In this document: positions 1 to 10,113 of the stretch, piece by piece
How the letters are laid out: every line of letters begins with the position of its first letter
Position numbering within the stretch: position 1 is the stretch's first letter
Source: Gammaproteobacteria bacterium
GTDB lineage: Bacteria; Pseudomonadota; Gammaproteobacteria; UBA4575
Assembly (NCBI GenBank): GCA_027297825.1
Contig: JAPUHH010000084.1
Span: 1-32,888 of the forward strand
Reading direction: 5' to 3'
DNA length: 32,888 bases
Notes under the pieces: generated by a model
Seen by the model: the letters and a program-made list of their open reading frames with translations, nothing else
Databases searched by the model: none
Told to the model about the DNA's origin: nothing
Position numbers and translations under genes: made by a program

Positions 1-1532
1 TCATTGAAAAAACTGAAGTTGCAGGACCTGGATTTCTTAATTTTTATTTGCGCGCCAATCAACAAGCTGAAATTTTAAATACTATTCTAGAAACCAATGA
101 TTCCTTCGGTTGCTCAAAGGAATTTTCTGGTAGCAAAGTACAAATAGAATTTGTCTCTGCAAATCCGACCGGACCATTGCATGTAGGCCATGGGCGTGGT
201 GCGGCCTATGGCGCAACCATTGCTAACCTACTTGAAGCGGTGGGTTATGAGGTTTTTCGTGAATATTATGTCAACGATGCAGGGCGACAAATTGATATTC
301 TTACTGCATCCGTATGGCTACGATACTTAGAGTTGTGTGGGGAGAAGTTCGCATTCCCTAGTAATGCCTATCAAGGCGATTATGTGTGGGATATCGCAGC
401 ATCATTACACCGCGAGCATGAAAATAAATTTCATCACCCTGCACAAGCATGGCTAGTGAAATTACCACCAGATGAACCACAAGGCGGAGATAAAGAACTT
501 TATATCGATGCTGTTATATCGAAAGCAAAAGAATTGCTCGGTAAGAGTAATTACAGAATTTTTGCAAAACGCTCATTAGCCACCATCATCAGTGATATCA
601 AAGATGATCTTAAGTTGTTTGGAGTGAATTATGACAACTGGTATTCAGAACAATCATTGGTAAATAATAATAAAGTTCAATGCGTATTGGATGCATTAGC
701 TAACAGCGGACATACGTATGATAAAAGTGGTGCGCTTTGGTTTCGTAGCACTACTTTTGGAGATGAAAAAGATCGTGTCTTAGTGCGAGAAAATGGCCAA
801 CACACTTATTTTGCAGCAGATGTCGCCTATCATTTAGATAAGTATGAACGTGGTTTTGATCAGATCATTGACATATGGGGCGCAGACCATCATGGCTACA
901 TTGCGCGTGTGAAAGCGGCTATTGAGGCATTAGGCAAAGATCAAAAACGGTTACGCGTGATGCTCGTACAGTTTGCAAATTTATACGAAGGCGGAAAGAA
1001 GCTCGCAATGTCCACTCGCTCCGGTGAATTTGTCACACTGCGAAAATTGCGTAAACAGGTAGGCAAAGATGCTGCACGCTTTTTTTACGTAATGAGAAAA
1101 TGCGAACAACATTTAGATTTTGATTTAGACTTAGCCACTTCGCAATCACAAGATAACCCTGTTTATTATGTGCAATATGCGCACGCGAGAATTTGTAGCA
1201 TATTTGAACAGGCAAATAATCAATGCCAAGACAATAAGCTTGTCGAAGCAGATTCATCATTATTGTCCCAAGAACATGAAAAAGATTTAATAAAAGCCTT
1301 GGATCAATTCCCAGAAAAAATAACCACTGCCGCTAACCAGCTCGCTCCCCATATCGTGGTTAATTATCTGCGTGACTTAGCCAATGCTTTCCATAGCTTT
1401 TATAATGCTCACCAAGTATTGGTTGATGAGCTGCCGCTTCGCAATGCGCGACTAAAATTAATTCGCGCTACTCAAATTGTACTCAATAATGGTTTAACAC
1501 TGCTTGATGTAAGCGCACCGCAACAAATGTAG
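1..1532 (+). CDS. argS: arginine--tRNA ligase, 5'-truncated by the window edge
   Basis: The reading frame is open from nt 3; IEKTEVAGPGFLNFYL precedes the TTG listed at 48, so that listed start is an ORF-caller artefact. Class I HIGH motif present as HVGH, with MSTRSG in the KMSKS position. Length and C-terminal anticodon-binding region are typical of ArgS. Confidence 0.95.
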   Translation, partial: IEKTEVAGPGFLNFYLRANQQAEILNTILETNDSFGCSKEFSGSKVQIEFVSANPTGPLHVGHGRGAAYGATIANLLEAVGYEVFREYYVNDAGRQIDILTASVWLRYLELCGEKFAFPSNAYQGDYVWDIAASLHREHENKFHHPAQAWLVKLPPDEPQGGDKELYIDAVISKAKELLGKSNYRIFAKRSLATIISDIKDDLKLFGVNYDNWYSEQSLVNNNKVQCVLDALANSGHTYDKSGALWFRSTTFGDEKDRVLVRENGQHTYFAADVAYHLDKYERGFDQIIDIWGADHHGYIARVKAAIEALGKDQKRLRVMLVQFANLYEGGKKLAMSTRSGEFVTLRKLRKQVGKDAARFFYVMRKCEQHLDFDLDLATSQSQDNPVYYVQYAHARICSIFEQANNQCQDNKLVEADSSLLSQEHEKDLIKALDQFPEKITTAANQLAPHIVVNYLRDLANAFHSFYNAHQVLVDELPLRNARLKLIRATQIVLNNGLTLLDVSAPQQM

Positions 1533-1543
1533 GTTGAACAATC

Positions 1544-2083
1544 ATGGCACGCAGAAAAAGACGACAACCCACTAAAGCGAGTAATATTTTACCTGCTTGG
1601 ATATGGCTGACTTTGGGTATTTTAATTGGCCTCGGTATTGCGATGTTAACACGCACGAATGGCCGTTATGCCGATGACACGAAAGCTAATAGCAACTCAC
1701 AACAACAAAGCACGCAAGCCGTAGAGCAAACCAAAAAAAACAAATTTGATTTCTATACTCTGTTGCCAGAGCTAGAAGTCGTCATTCCCGAGGAAGAAAC
1801 ACGACCTCAAAAATCCAAACCCGATTCCAGAAAACCCTCCACTCATTCTGGAGGGTATTTATTACAGGCTGGGTCATTCCAGCAATTCAATGAAGCTGAC
1901 AGTCTAAAAGCGCGCTTAGCATTGCTAGGCGTAGAGGCTCATATTCAGTCGGTAGATGTAAATAACTCAAAATGGCATAGGGTACGTATTGGGCCTTCCA
2001 ATGATCGGCAGGCCTTAGAACAGTTACGTAAGCGTTTGCGCGCAAACCATATAGACACATTACTCATGCAAGCCAAGCAGTAG
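1544..2083 (+). CDS. SPOR domain-containing membrane protein (peptidoglycan-binding, DedD/FtsN-like)
   Basis: Basic N-terminus followed by one TM helix and a low-complexity Q/S/K linker. C-terminal SPOR-like segment GYLLQAGSFQQFNEADSLKARLALLGVEAHIQSV..WHRVRIGP. A SPOR gene directly after argS is a common gammaproteobacterial arrangement. Confidence 0.8.
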   Translation: MARRKRRQPTKASNILPAWIWLTLGILIGLGIAMLTRTNGRYADDTKANSNSQQQSTQAVEQTKKNKFDFYTLLPELEVVIPEEETRPQKSKPDSRKPSTHSGGYLLQAGSFQQFNEADSLKARLALLGVEAHIQSVDVNNSKWHRVRIGPSNDRQALEQLRKRLRANHIDTLLMQAKQ

Positions 2084-2236
2084 CCCCTCTCTATATCGAA
2101 TGTCGCTTATCGCCCTAGCTTCCTGCTTACTGTTGGAATACTTGATAGGCAATTTCGGTTCGCTCTTTGTCAGGCAGGTATGGTGGTCTCTATGTATCTC
2201 CTAGAACCTCGAAACTATTAAAAATATTCTTTTCTA

Positions 2237-2600
2237 CTACACGCGCCCAAACACTTCATTTGCCGCATGCCTCACTGATTCAATTTCATCATAGGTAACA
2301 GAAAGAACGGCATTATCTTGCCCGCTACTCACATTCCATTCAGAGAAATAAATCCCACGATCTGTGCGCACAATTATGCCTTTGCGTAATTTCTTGCCTG
2401 CAGGTAGAAATTTGAAGCCATCTTTATTCGGATACCAAATTGCGCGACTATGAAATAATATTGCTTGCTGTCCAATATCTACACTAGATAAAAAAATATC
2501 TTAGAAACTATCTTCACCTATAGGGCCATAGCTTGTGCTGCAAGCACTTAGCAGCAATATCAATAAAGATGTTGTTAATAAGACTTAATAGTATTTTGCA
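2237..2600 (-). pseudogene. decayed lipoprotein gene (1-nt frame break after the ATG plus an in-frame TAA)
   Basis: Read by hand on the minus strand. ATG at 2600-2598 gives MQNTIKSY then a stop. One frame over lies a perfect lipoprotein signal, VLLTTSLLILLLSAC (Cys codon 2542-2540), then STSYGPIGEDSF and TAA (2503-2501). The same frame then stays open for 87 more codons, with no start codon until a GTG late in the stretch, ending at TAG 2239-2237. Confidence 0.5.
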
Positions 2601-2753
2601 TAATAAGCTTCTTCTATCTTCCCAAAAGACTTATTTTATTCATACTGTTTATCCTAATATCGAACAAATCGCCTAGAATTATGAATTTTTGGGGTTGATT
2701 TAAAGCGTTATCGACCTTATATATTAATAATACCCATAAATGCGACCTTCTTT

Positions 2754-3803
2754 ATGTCAGATACCTCTCTAGAATTTGCAGTGCCATTAAAAGGCGTCCC
2801 TGAAACTGCGGTTATTCAATCGAATTTACCTGTTTATTCTGCGCAACAACGAGAAGAAAAAATAGCAAATATAAAGCGCTTACTTAAACGAGAAAATGCT
2901 GTTTTAGCTGCGCATTATTACACTAACGAAGATTTGCAAATGATTGCGGAAGAGACGGGTGGCTGTGTATCCGATTCATTAGAAATGGCCCGCTTTGGTA
3001 ATCGCCATTCAGCGACTACGCTTATCGTAGCCGGTGTAAAGTTTATGGGTGAAACTGCAAAAATATTAAACCCAGAAAAGCGTGTGCTCATGCCTACTTT
3101 AGACGCTACCTGTTCACTTGACCTAGGATGCCCAGCAAAAGAATTTAGTGAGTTTTGCGATCAACATCCCGATCATGAAGTCGTGGTATATGCCAATACA
3201 AGCGCCGAAGTAAAGGCTCGAGCTGATTGGGTCGTGACCTCCAGTATTGCGGTAAAAGTGGTCTCACATTTAATGGATCAAGATAAAAAAATTCTTTGGG
3301 CGCCCGATAAACATCTTGGCCACTACATTGAAAGAGTTACCGGTGCAGATATGGCGCTGTGGCAAGGCGCTTGCATTGTGCATGAGGAATTTAAGGCGCG
3401 CGGATTAGGAGAATTAATAGCCAAGCACCCCGAGGCCGCTATCCTAGTACATCCAGAATCTCCCGCTGCCGTGATTGATATTGCTGATGTCGTCGGTTCT
3501 ACCACAGCACTCATTAAAGCGGCTAAAGAATTGCCCAATCCGTCATTTATCGTCGCCACCGATAACCGTATTTTCTACAAAATGAAACAAGAGGCTCCGA
3601 ATAAGAAATTTATCGAAGCCCCTACCGCTGGCGAAGGTGCTACCTGCAAAAGCTGCGCACACTGCCCTTGGATGGAAATGAATGGTTTGCATAATCTGGA
3701 AGCCGTGCTGGAGTCCGGAGAAAATGAGATTTTTGTTGAGCAAGACATCCGCAAAATGGCCCATCGATCCACCAGCCGCATGCTAGATTTCGTCGCCCAT
3801 TAA
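2754..3803 (+). CDS. nadA: quinolinate synthase NadA
   Basis: 349 aa. The N-terminal block [30 protein letters not shown], repeated [13 protein letters not shown]-type blocks and the C-terminal [10 protein letters not shown] cysteine cluster are characteristic of NadA. Confidence 0.95.
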   Translation: MSDTSLEFAVPLKGVPETAVIQSNLPVYSAQQREEKIANIKRLLKRENAVLAAHYYTNEDLQMIAEETGGCVSDSLEMARFGNRHSATTLIVAGVKFMGETAKILNPEKRVLMPTLDATCSLDLGCPAKEFSEFCDQHPDHEVVVYANTSAEVKARADWVVTSSIAVKVVSHLMDQDKKILWAPDKHLGHYIERVTGADMALWQGACIVHEEFKARGLGELIAKHPEAAILVHPESPAAVIDIADVVGSTTALIKAAKELPNPSFIVATDNRIFYKMKQEAPNKKFIEAPTAGEGATCKSCAHCPWMEMNGLHNLEAVLESGENEIFVEQDIRKMAHRSTSRMLDFVAH

Positions 3804-3855
3804 ACCTACAACATACCCTTCAAACTGCTGGGATCTTGGGTTTCGTCGCCCGTTA

Positions 3856-5154
3856 GTGCCTTTTGTGCACTCAACCCTAAACTTTCTCTTAAAATTCACG
3901 CAAGATCAGGCATTAAAAGCTGGCAGAGACACTATTTCTCTACCTGTGATAATTAATATGGCCGCACAGAGCAATACACAAATTCAAGCACCGTTAACGC
4001 TACAGCAGTTCCTAAAACTGCTACAGACGCTTCCGGCTGCCCGTATTTCTGAGCTGTCAATCGAACAAATACCTAATAATATCCCGGCTGATATCAGCGA
4101 AAAAATACCGATGGCTTCACGTAGTGCTGTCGATGATTTAATTATGTCGGCCAATTCTTTCCACCTGAAGCGCCGCATGCGCGACCAGGAAACCTATGGT
4201 GATCAACTTGTTGCTTCATTAGATAAAGCCAAGGTCACCACTGGCTCTGCCAATTTAAGAGTATTTAAAAATAAAATCCTTTTGCTCGTTGACATGCTGC
4301 AAGCTTCTCAGCGTGGCACCAGAAAGATAGGCAACGTTACATACGTTAAGCATATCGAATCAATTAATAATTTACTCATTGACGTAAGAAGCGAAACAAT
4401 CAGTCTGCATGAAAGTCTAGCGATACTTGAAAAAGTTAAACCGATTAATAAAGATGATGCAAAACGTTTTTCATACTCAATAAGACTTCTACGCAAGCAA
4501 ACTAATTCTGTAGATAAAATTTTATCTGAATACTACATTTTGCGTTTAAAAGTGTTAGCACGCACAATTCATCAAAAACGCAAACTAATTGAAACACGCG
4601 AAGAAACTATTCATCTAAGACAGCAAGAGCTCGAAATCTTGCGCGCGAATCTACAAGAAACACAAACTTTGTGGAAACGCACAATGAAGCGCAAACAAAC
4701 AAAAGATGAGACCAAAGAAATCCAGCAAAGAATATATGATCTAGTTAATGAAATTAAAGCTAGTGAAGTAGTTATAGCAGAGAGCGATTTAATCTTATGG
4801 CTCGATGCTATAGTTGAAGCAAGCCTGAACGAAGAGTCCAAAGTGCGTGTGGTTAAATCATTGCGACAAGCACGAATTTCTCTGTTTTACTTATTAAACA
4901 AGTTTTGTGCGGCACAAGAAACCTCGGCCTTACAGATTGCACAAAACCCATTCATTCAAGTCAATCCAGAAAAAGCCATTAAATTTGTATTAATGTCTGA
5001 ACAATTTATTCTCAATTACTTCACTAAAAAGAAAAATACTGCTACAGCATGGCTAAGTGGTGTGGCTGAATCTAAAATAGTTGAATTGGATCAACTGCAA
5101 AAAGATATTCTTGTTGAATTGCGACGCGCCAGCAAATCATTGTTCAAACTCTAA
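3856..5154 (+). CDS. hypothetical protein, predicted long coiled-coil, no recognisable domain
   Basis: Uninterrupted 432-codon ORF with only short antisense shadow ORFs. The central K/E/Q/R-rich heptad-like stretch (about residues 230-300) suggests a coiled coil. Start is uncertain: GTG at 3856 or first ATG at 3958, and neither has a clear SD. No signal peptide. Confidence 0.6.
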   Translation: MPFVHSTLNFLLKFTQDQALKAGRDTISLPVIINMAAQSNTQIQAPLTLQQFLKLLQTLPAARISELSIEQIPNNIPADISEKIPMASRSAVDDLIMSANSFHLKRRMRDQETYGDQLVASLDKAKVTTGSANLRVFKNKILLLVDMLQASQRGTRKIGNVTYVKHIESINNLLIDVRSETISLHESLAILEKVKPINKDDAKRFSYSIRLLRKQTNSVDKILSEYYILRLKVLARTIHQKRKLIETREETIHLRQQELEILRANLQETQTLWKRTMKRKQTKDETKEIQQRIYDLVNEIKASEVVIAESDLILWLDAIVEASLNEESKVRVVKSLRQARISLFYLLNKFCAAQETSALQIAQNPFIQVNPEKAIKFVLMSEQFILNYFTKKKNTATAWLSGVAESKIVELDQLQKDILVELRRASKSLFKL

Positions 5155-5165
5155 CTTAACAAGAT

Positions 5166-5555
5166 TTATTGTTGTATGCCAACATCTTTATCCTCAGTAA
5201 TTGAATCTTCCTCAACACTATCAAGTGACAAAATTTGTGGGCCCTGATCTTGTGATAGCACCTTCTCTTCTGCGTTAATTTTATTTTCGTATTCGCGAGC
5301 TATAAAGAGCATTGCGGCCGTAGAGGTAACCGCAATTAACAACGCAATAAGCCAACTCTTTGCTGAAAATTTATGCAATGGCCAATAAAATAGCCAACTA
5401 AAGAGTACAAATATTAGAAACCCAAACCAATAACTGGCAACGGGTATAGAGTTCAATGAATCACTACCACTATCATCTAACTGCAAATAAAACCAATAAC
5501 CTAATCCAGCCAAAAAAACACAAAGAAAGACATGCAGTATAAAACGTAGATTCAT
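5166..5555 (-). CDS. hypothetical small membrane protein (about 3 TM helices, acidic C-terminal tail)
   Basis: 129-aa ORF with three hydrophobic segments rich in W/F/Y and an acidic tail (SLDSVEEDSITEDKD). Co-oriented with the ycgL-like gene 25 nt upstream. No family recognised. Confidence 0.5.
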   Translation of the reverse strand: MNLRFILHVFLCVFLAGLGYWFYLQLDDSGSDSLNSIPVASYWFGFLIFVLFSWLFYWPLHKFSAKSWLIALLIAVTSTAAMLFIAREYENKINAEEKVLSQDQGPQILSLDSVEEDSITEDKDVGIQQ

Positions 5556-5580
5556 GTGTCTGTAACAACTATAAATCTAG

Positions 5581-5826
5581 TTAACTTGGAAGTTTATTTT
5601 GTGGTGGAATTTGCAAATAATAGCCCTGATCCTTTAGGTTGGCGATCACTTGTCTAGCATCTGCAACTGCCAGTTTTCGATCATCTATAAGATCAAACTC
5701 CAATGTAAATTTAGGTTCGCCTAGAAGCTCCAGTAATTTCTTAGGGATTTTTGTGAAATCATCTTTTTGATCTAAGTAGATATAGGCATCTACTTTCTTT
5801 GAACTTTTATACACAAAACATTTCAT
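5581..5826 (-). CDS. YcgL domain-containing protein
   Basis: MKCFVYKSSKKVDAYIYL...FTKIPKKLLELLGEP...DDRKLAVADARQVIANLKDQGYYLQIPP matches the conserved YcgL pattern (M.C.IYKS...YLY......P..LL..FG.P.......R.LA.......L...GYYLQ.PP). I chose the ATG at 5826 over the upstream TTG at 5835. Confidence 0.8.
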   Translation of the reverse strand: MKCFVYKSSKKVDAYIYLDQKDDFTKIPKKLLELLGEPKFTLEFDLIDDRKLAVADARQVIANLKDQGYYLQIPPQNKLPS

Positions 5827-5934
5827 CACACACAATACCCGCTTAATACAGCCTATAGAAACACAAAGGTGTTAATTGGGCCAGTATGAATTAAACATAT
5901 CAGGCTAAAGTTATTTTATTTTATACTGGGCTTT

Positions 5935-6801
5935 TTACTCAGATGGCGGGGGAACGTTATTAGTATACTGTCCTGCTTGAATTTCTTGTTCAGGGGGAGC
6001 TAGTTTGTCCTCAAGGGGAGCTAATTTATCCGCTACAGCGTTATCAATACCATCATCCGTCACTGGCACAACAAGCTCTTGCTTCGCCATTACAGGAGGG
6101 GGTGGAGCCGCACCTGGATCTACCAATATAAATATAGACTTAATCTTCTCAAAATTATGTTCGAAAGAAACCATACCACCACTTGTTTGCTCTTCTAGTG
6201 AAATCGAATCTTCTGAGCTTGCAATCAAGCGACCACGTTTATTTGATCCATCAACAAATATTATCTCAACATTAGATCCTACAGAAAAATCTACATCAGC
6301 AACATCGAGCAAGGCCTTGTGGATTTTCGAACGTTGAGAGCCTTTTACGGTCTTATCTGCTTGTGGGGCTAATGCTTCAATGTCTTCATTTGAAAATCTA
6401 TCTTTATCAGTGCTTAGAATAGGGTCATATTCAACTCCATCTTCGAAAACAATCTTAGCAGCAGCATCTTCGTTGGATAGTGGTTCAGAGGAGGGAGATG
6501 CACTCGGCAGACTATTTACAATTTCTTGATTACTTAAGCTTAAGCCTGGGATAATAATTTGTGCACCTCTGCCATAGATGCCAGCGCCCATCATCACCAG
6601 ACCCACCAAACTTATTGCGAAGCCATTACGCGCTTGGGCCTTATGCCACTTAACAAAGGAATAAATTGGACCAAATACGGGCACCAACAACAAAACCAGC
6701 AAACCCCATAAAAAGCTCTCGGAGAATGCGTCCAGTAACACCATGATCATGCCGACCAGGATTAGCAATAGCGCAAGTATTAAAACGATTTGGGCTAACA
6801 T
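5935..6801 (-). CDS. hypothetical membrane protein (N-terminal TM bundle, soluble middle domain, Pro-rich tail)
   Basis: 288-aa ORF starting 31 nt downstream of the speA stop. It has 3-4 N-terminal TM helices. The C-terminal tail is AAPPPPV...DKLAPLEDKLAPPEQE, where a 21-nt direct duplication (5994-6010 and 6015-6031) encodes the repeated DKLAP unit. No family recognised. Confidence 0.6.
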   Translation of the reverse strand: MLAQIVLILALLLILVGMIMVLLDAFSESFLWGLLVLLLVPVFGPIYSFVKWHKAQARNGFAISLVGLVMMGAGIYGRGAQIIIPGLSLSNQEIVNSLPSASPSSEPLSNEDAAAKIVFEDGVEYDPILSTDKDRFSNEDIEALAPQADKTVKGSQRSKIHKALLDVADVDFSVGSNVEIIFVDGSNKRGRLIASSEDSISLEEQTSGGMVSFEHNFEKIKSIFILVDPGAAPPPPVMAKQELVVPVTDDGIDNAVADKLAPLEDKLAPPEQEIQAGQYTNNVPPPSE

Positions 6802-6832
6802 ATTGTAGATATAGAAATAGTTGGATCTGCCA

Positions 6833-8734
6833 CTAGCCTAAGTACGTGTCTGCCTTCAAGCAGGCTTCCAATTCTTGTAATACTAACTCTTTAGTTTTAG
6901 TGGACACATTCATTTGATCAAGCTTCTTCAACCAGACTTGAGGCATTTTTGAGGCATAAATATGCACATAAGATAGTACTTCTTCGATGGAATCACCAGG
7001 CTCTTCTTCGCATATTTGATAAGCTCCATCGGCTGTAAGCTCAATGTTGACCGTATTAGTATCTCCAAATAGGTTGTGTAAATCGCCTAGTATCTCTTGG
7101 TAGGCCCCTACCAAAAACAGACCCAAAACATAATCTTGCCCTGGAAAGAACTGATGTAACGATAGGTAAGATTTAATGGAGTCACCTTCCACATAACGAT
7201 CGATTTGTCCATCTGAATCACAGGTTAAGTCATGCAAGCGTACTTTATGCTGCGGAATAGCATTTAACTGATGCAACGGTAATATCGGAAATATTTGCTT
7301 CAAGCCCCAAATATCAGGCGTCGATTGAAATAAGGAAAAATTACAAAAGTATTTTTCAATAAACTTTTCTTCAAGCTCACACTTGCAATCTTCTGACAGA
7401 CTATCTTTATATTTCCATAGCCGTTTACATATGCTATTAGCTATTTTTTCTGCTTGCGCTTTATCCTCTAATAAAAGTTTACCTTTACAAAAGTCTTTCT
7501 CTATCTCTAGCGTAAGTTGCATAAGTTTGGCATAGCTTTTTGAGCCATCAAAATTCTTATCTACATCTTCACTTTCTGCAGAAATATATTCATTCAACTC
7601 AGTAAGCAATTTTAACTTTTGGTTAGATGTCAACAGCTTCTCATCATGGCCACGTTCATAATCTCGCTGATACTCAGCATTAATTACATCGGTTAGTAAT
7701 ACCGCATGATAAGCCGTCATGATGCGCCCATTTTCACAAACGATCGTGGGCGCCCGCATGCCTTCTAGCTGGCATACAGAATTTACAACATCAATAATGG
7801 TATTCGCATAATCACTAATGGAATAGCTCTTCGAAAAGTAGGAGGTTGAATTACTGCCTTCGTAATCAACCGCCAAACCACCGCCAACATTTAGTTGGGT
7901 AAATTCAACGCCAAGCTTTGTGAGTCCTGTAAAAAATCTCATGCCTTCCTGAACCCCTGCACGTATATCTTGCAAGCAAGGAATTTGTGAGCCCATATGA
8001 AAATGCAACATTCGCATGCATTCAATCGCATCATGTTTTTTTAACTCTTTAACAAGCTGCAATACTTCACTTGTGGTTAATCCAAACTTTGATCGCTTAC
8101 CTCCAGTATTCTGCCAATTACCTTCTGCAATCGAAGCTAAACGCACCCTCATCCCTAACACAGGTTGTATATTAAGTTCAGCATATAACTTCAGCACATG
8201 CTGAAATTCAATCAAGCTTTCTATTACGATGACCACCTCATGCCCCAACAACCTTCCAATTAAAGCCAAGCGTATATAAGCCTCATCCTTGTAACCATTA
8301 CAAATTATTATTTGGTTTTGTTTTTCTATTATTCCGAGACAAGCTATCAGCTCAGCCTTGCTGCCCACTTCATATGCGATGGGCCATTGACTTTGAGCAT
8401 GGAAATGTCGAATTACTGAGGCTTGCTGATTTACTTTAATCGGATATGCGGCAATGAAGTTGCTTGCATATTGGCTAGACGCAATAGCTTGCTCGAATGC
8501 TGTATACAATTCGCTTAACAAGTGTTGCAATATATGCGGGAAACGTACTAGTACCGGTAACCCAACTCCATGGGCTCTTAGGCGCACACTCAAATCATAT
8601 AGATCTATTTCAGTTGCTTCCGCCCTAGCAACAACGTGCCCTTGAGAATTGATATCAAATAGACCTAAGCCCCACTTAGCAATGCGATAATGCAGTTTAG
8701 CTAAGTCAACATCCCACGCATCACGAGTACTCAT
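6833..8734 (-). CDS. speA: biosynthetic arginine decarboxylase
   Basis: 633 aa. The N-terminal W.....A..LY.I..WG..YF-type start (DAWDVDLAKLHYRIAKWGLGLFDIN), PLP-fold block YPIKVNQQ, GGGLAVDYEG, and overall length are typical of SpeA. Confidence 0.95.
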   Translation of the reverse strand: MSTRDAWDVDLAKLHYRIAKWGLGLFDINSQGHVVARAEATEIDLYDLSVRLRAHGVGLPVLVRFPHILQHLLSELYTAFEQAIASSQYASNFIAAYPIKVNQQASVIRHFHAQSQWPIAYEVGSKAELIACLGIIEKQNQIIICNGYKDEAYIRLALIGRLLGHEVVIVIESLIEFQHVLKLYAELNIQPVLGMRVRLASIAEGNWQNTGGKRSKFGLTTSEVLQLVKELKKHDAIECMRMLHFHMGSQIPCLQDIRAGVQEGMRFFTGLTKLGVEFTQLNVGGGLAVDYEGSNSTSYFSKSYSISDYANTIIDVVNSVCQLEGMRAPTIVCENGRIMTAYHAVLLTDVINAEYQRDYERGHDEKLLTSNQKLKLLTELNEYISAESEDVDKNFDGSKSYAKLMQLTLEIEKDFCKGKLLLEDKAQAEKIANSICKRLWKYKDSLSEDCKCELEEKFIEKYFCNFSLFQSTPDIWGLKQIFPILPLHQLNAIPQHKVRLHDLTCDSDGQIDRYVEGDSIKSYLSLHQFFPGQDYVLGLFLVGAYQEILGDLHNLFGDTNTVNIELTADGAYQICEEEPGDSIEEVLSYVHIYASKMPQVWLKKLDQMNVSTKTKELVLQELEACLKADTYLG

Positions 8735-8814
8735 AATTTTTTTATTTTTTAGTTTACTTTTATTTACAATAGCGAACAGACATTAGATACGACTTTAAAG
8801 GTAACAGGAAAAAT

Positions 8815-9669
8815 ATGCAGAACATAAGCAAAAAATGGTTTACCGAGGAATGCATAGAGTGCGGCACTGCATTTTCATTGGAAACTCACGAAAAAATTCA
8901 CCAAGAACAAACACCATTTCAAAAAATAGAGATCTACTCAACTAAAAGTTTTGGAAATTTGATGGTGATAGATGGTCTTGTGATGTTAACGGAACGCGAC
9001 AACTTTATATACCATGAAATGATGGTGCATCCTGTATTATTTAACCATGCCAATCCCACCAATGTAGTGGTAGTAGGTGGTGGTGATTGCGGCACCATTC
9101 GCGAGGTTGCAAAACACACATGCGTGCAATATATCACGCAGGTAGAAATTGATCAGCGAGTCACTCAGTTGTCGGAACAATATTTCCCAGCATTATGTGA
9201 GGCCAATAACGATCCACGCGTCGAACTCATCTTTGATGATGCGATAAAGTGGATGCAACAAGCCAAAGATAACTCCATCGACATCATCATTGTCGACAGC
9301 ACAGACCCAATAGGGCCGGCTAAAGGCTTATTTTCTACACCTTTTTATCAAACCTGTATACGTGCACTTAAGTCTGACGGCATACTTGTACAGCAAAGCG
9401 AGTCTCCTCTCGCGCACTTAGAGAGCATTATCAAACCTATGCATGCATGTATGAGGAATGCCGGTTTTGCAAATACCAATCTCATCTTTTTCCCACAACC
9501 CAGTTATCCAACCGGTTGGTGGACTGCAACAATGACCAGCAAAGGTAATCAAATTCCATTCTCAAGAGAAGCTGCTGCAAAGCAAATAGACTTTACTACG
9601 CAGTACTACAATCATGCTATTCATCTCGGCAGCTTTGCCGCGCCACAATTTATAAAAAGTAGCTTATAA
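8815..9669 (+). CDS. speE: polyamine aminopropyltransferase (spermidine synthase)
   Basis: 284 aa. Contains WFTE, QKIEIYSTKSFGNLMVIDG, IYHEMMVHP, VVGGGDCGTIREV (Cys where the canonical GGGDG motif has Gly) and VDSTDPIGPAKGLF. Divergent from speA. Confidence 0.9.
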   Translation: MQNISKKWFTEECIECGTAFSLETHEKIHQEQTPFQKIEIYSTKSFGNLMVIDGLVMLTERDNFIYHEMMVHPVLFNHANPTNVVVVGGGDCGTIREVAKHTCVQYITQVEIDQRVTQLSEQYFPALCEANNDPRVELIFDDAIKWMQQAKDNSIDIIIVDSTDPIGPAKGLFSTPFYQTCIRALKSDGILVQQSESPLAHLESIIKPMHACMRNAGFANTNLIFFPQPSYPTGWWTATMTSKGNQIPFSREAAAKQIDFTTQYYNHAIHLGSFAAPQFIKSSL

Positions 9670-9762
9670 AACAACACACACCAAGAAATAAAAGGTGTCC
9701 ATCGTATATTGCAATTCAAAAATCTGGTTTCCCACAACTCCCTCCCTAAAGAATATTTTGTA

Positions 9763-10113
<351 letters not shown>

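Noticed and set aside
1033-1260. Short antisense or out-of-frame ORFs inside argS, nadA (3323..3781), the coiled-coil gene (3984..4841), speA, speE, comM, polA, the TRAP genes, uvrD and ubiB.
   Set aside because: Each is embedded in a much longer ORF with clear family signatures. All are 60-115 aa, lack SD sequences and have compositionally skewed translations.
6005-6337. 110-aa plus-strand ORF rich in Ser/Thr.
   Set aside because: It lies entirely inside and antisense to the 288-aa membrane-protein ORF, has a low-complexity composition and lacks an SD.
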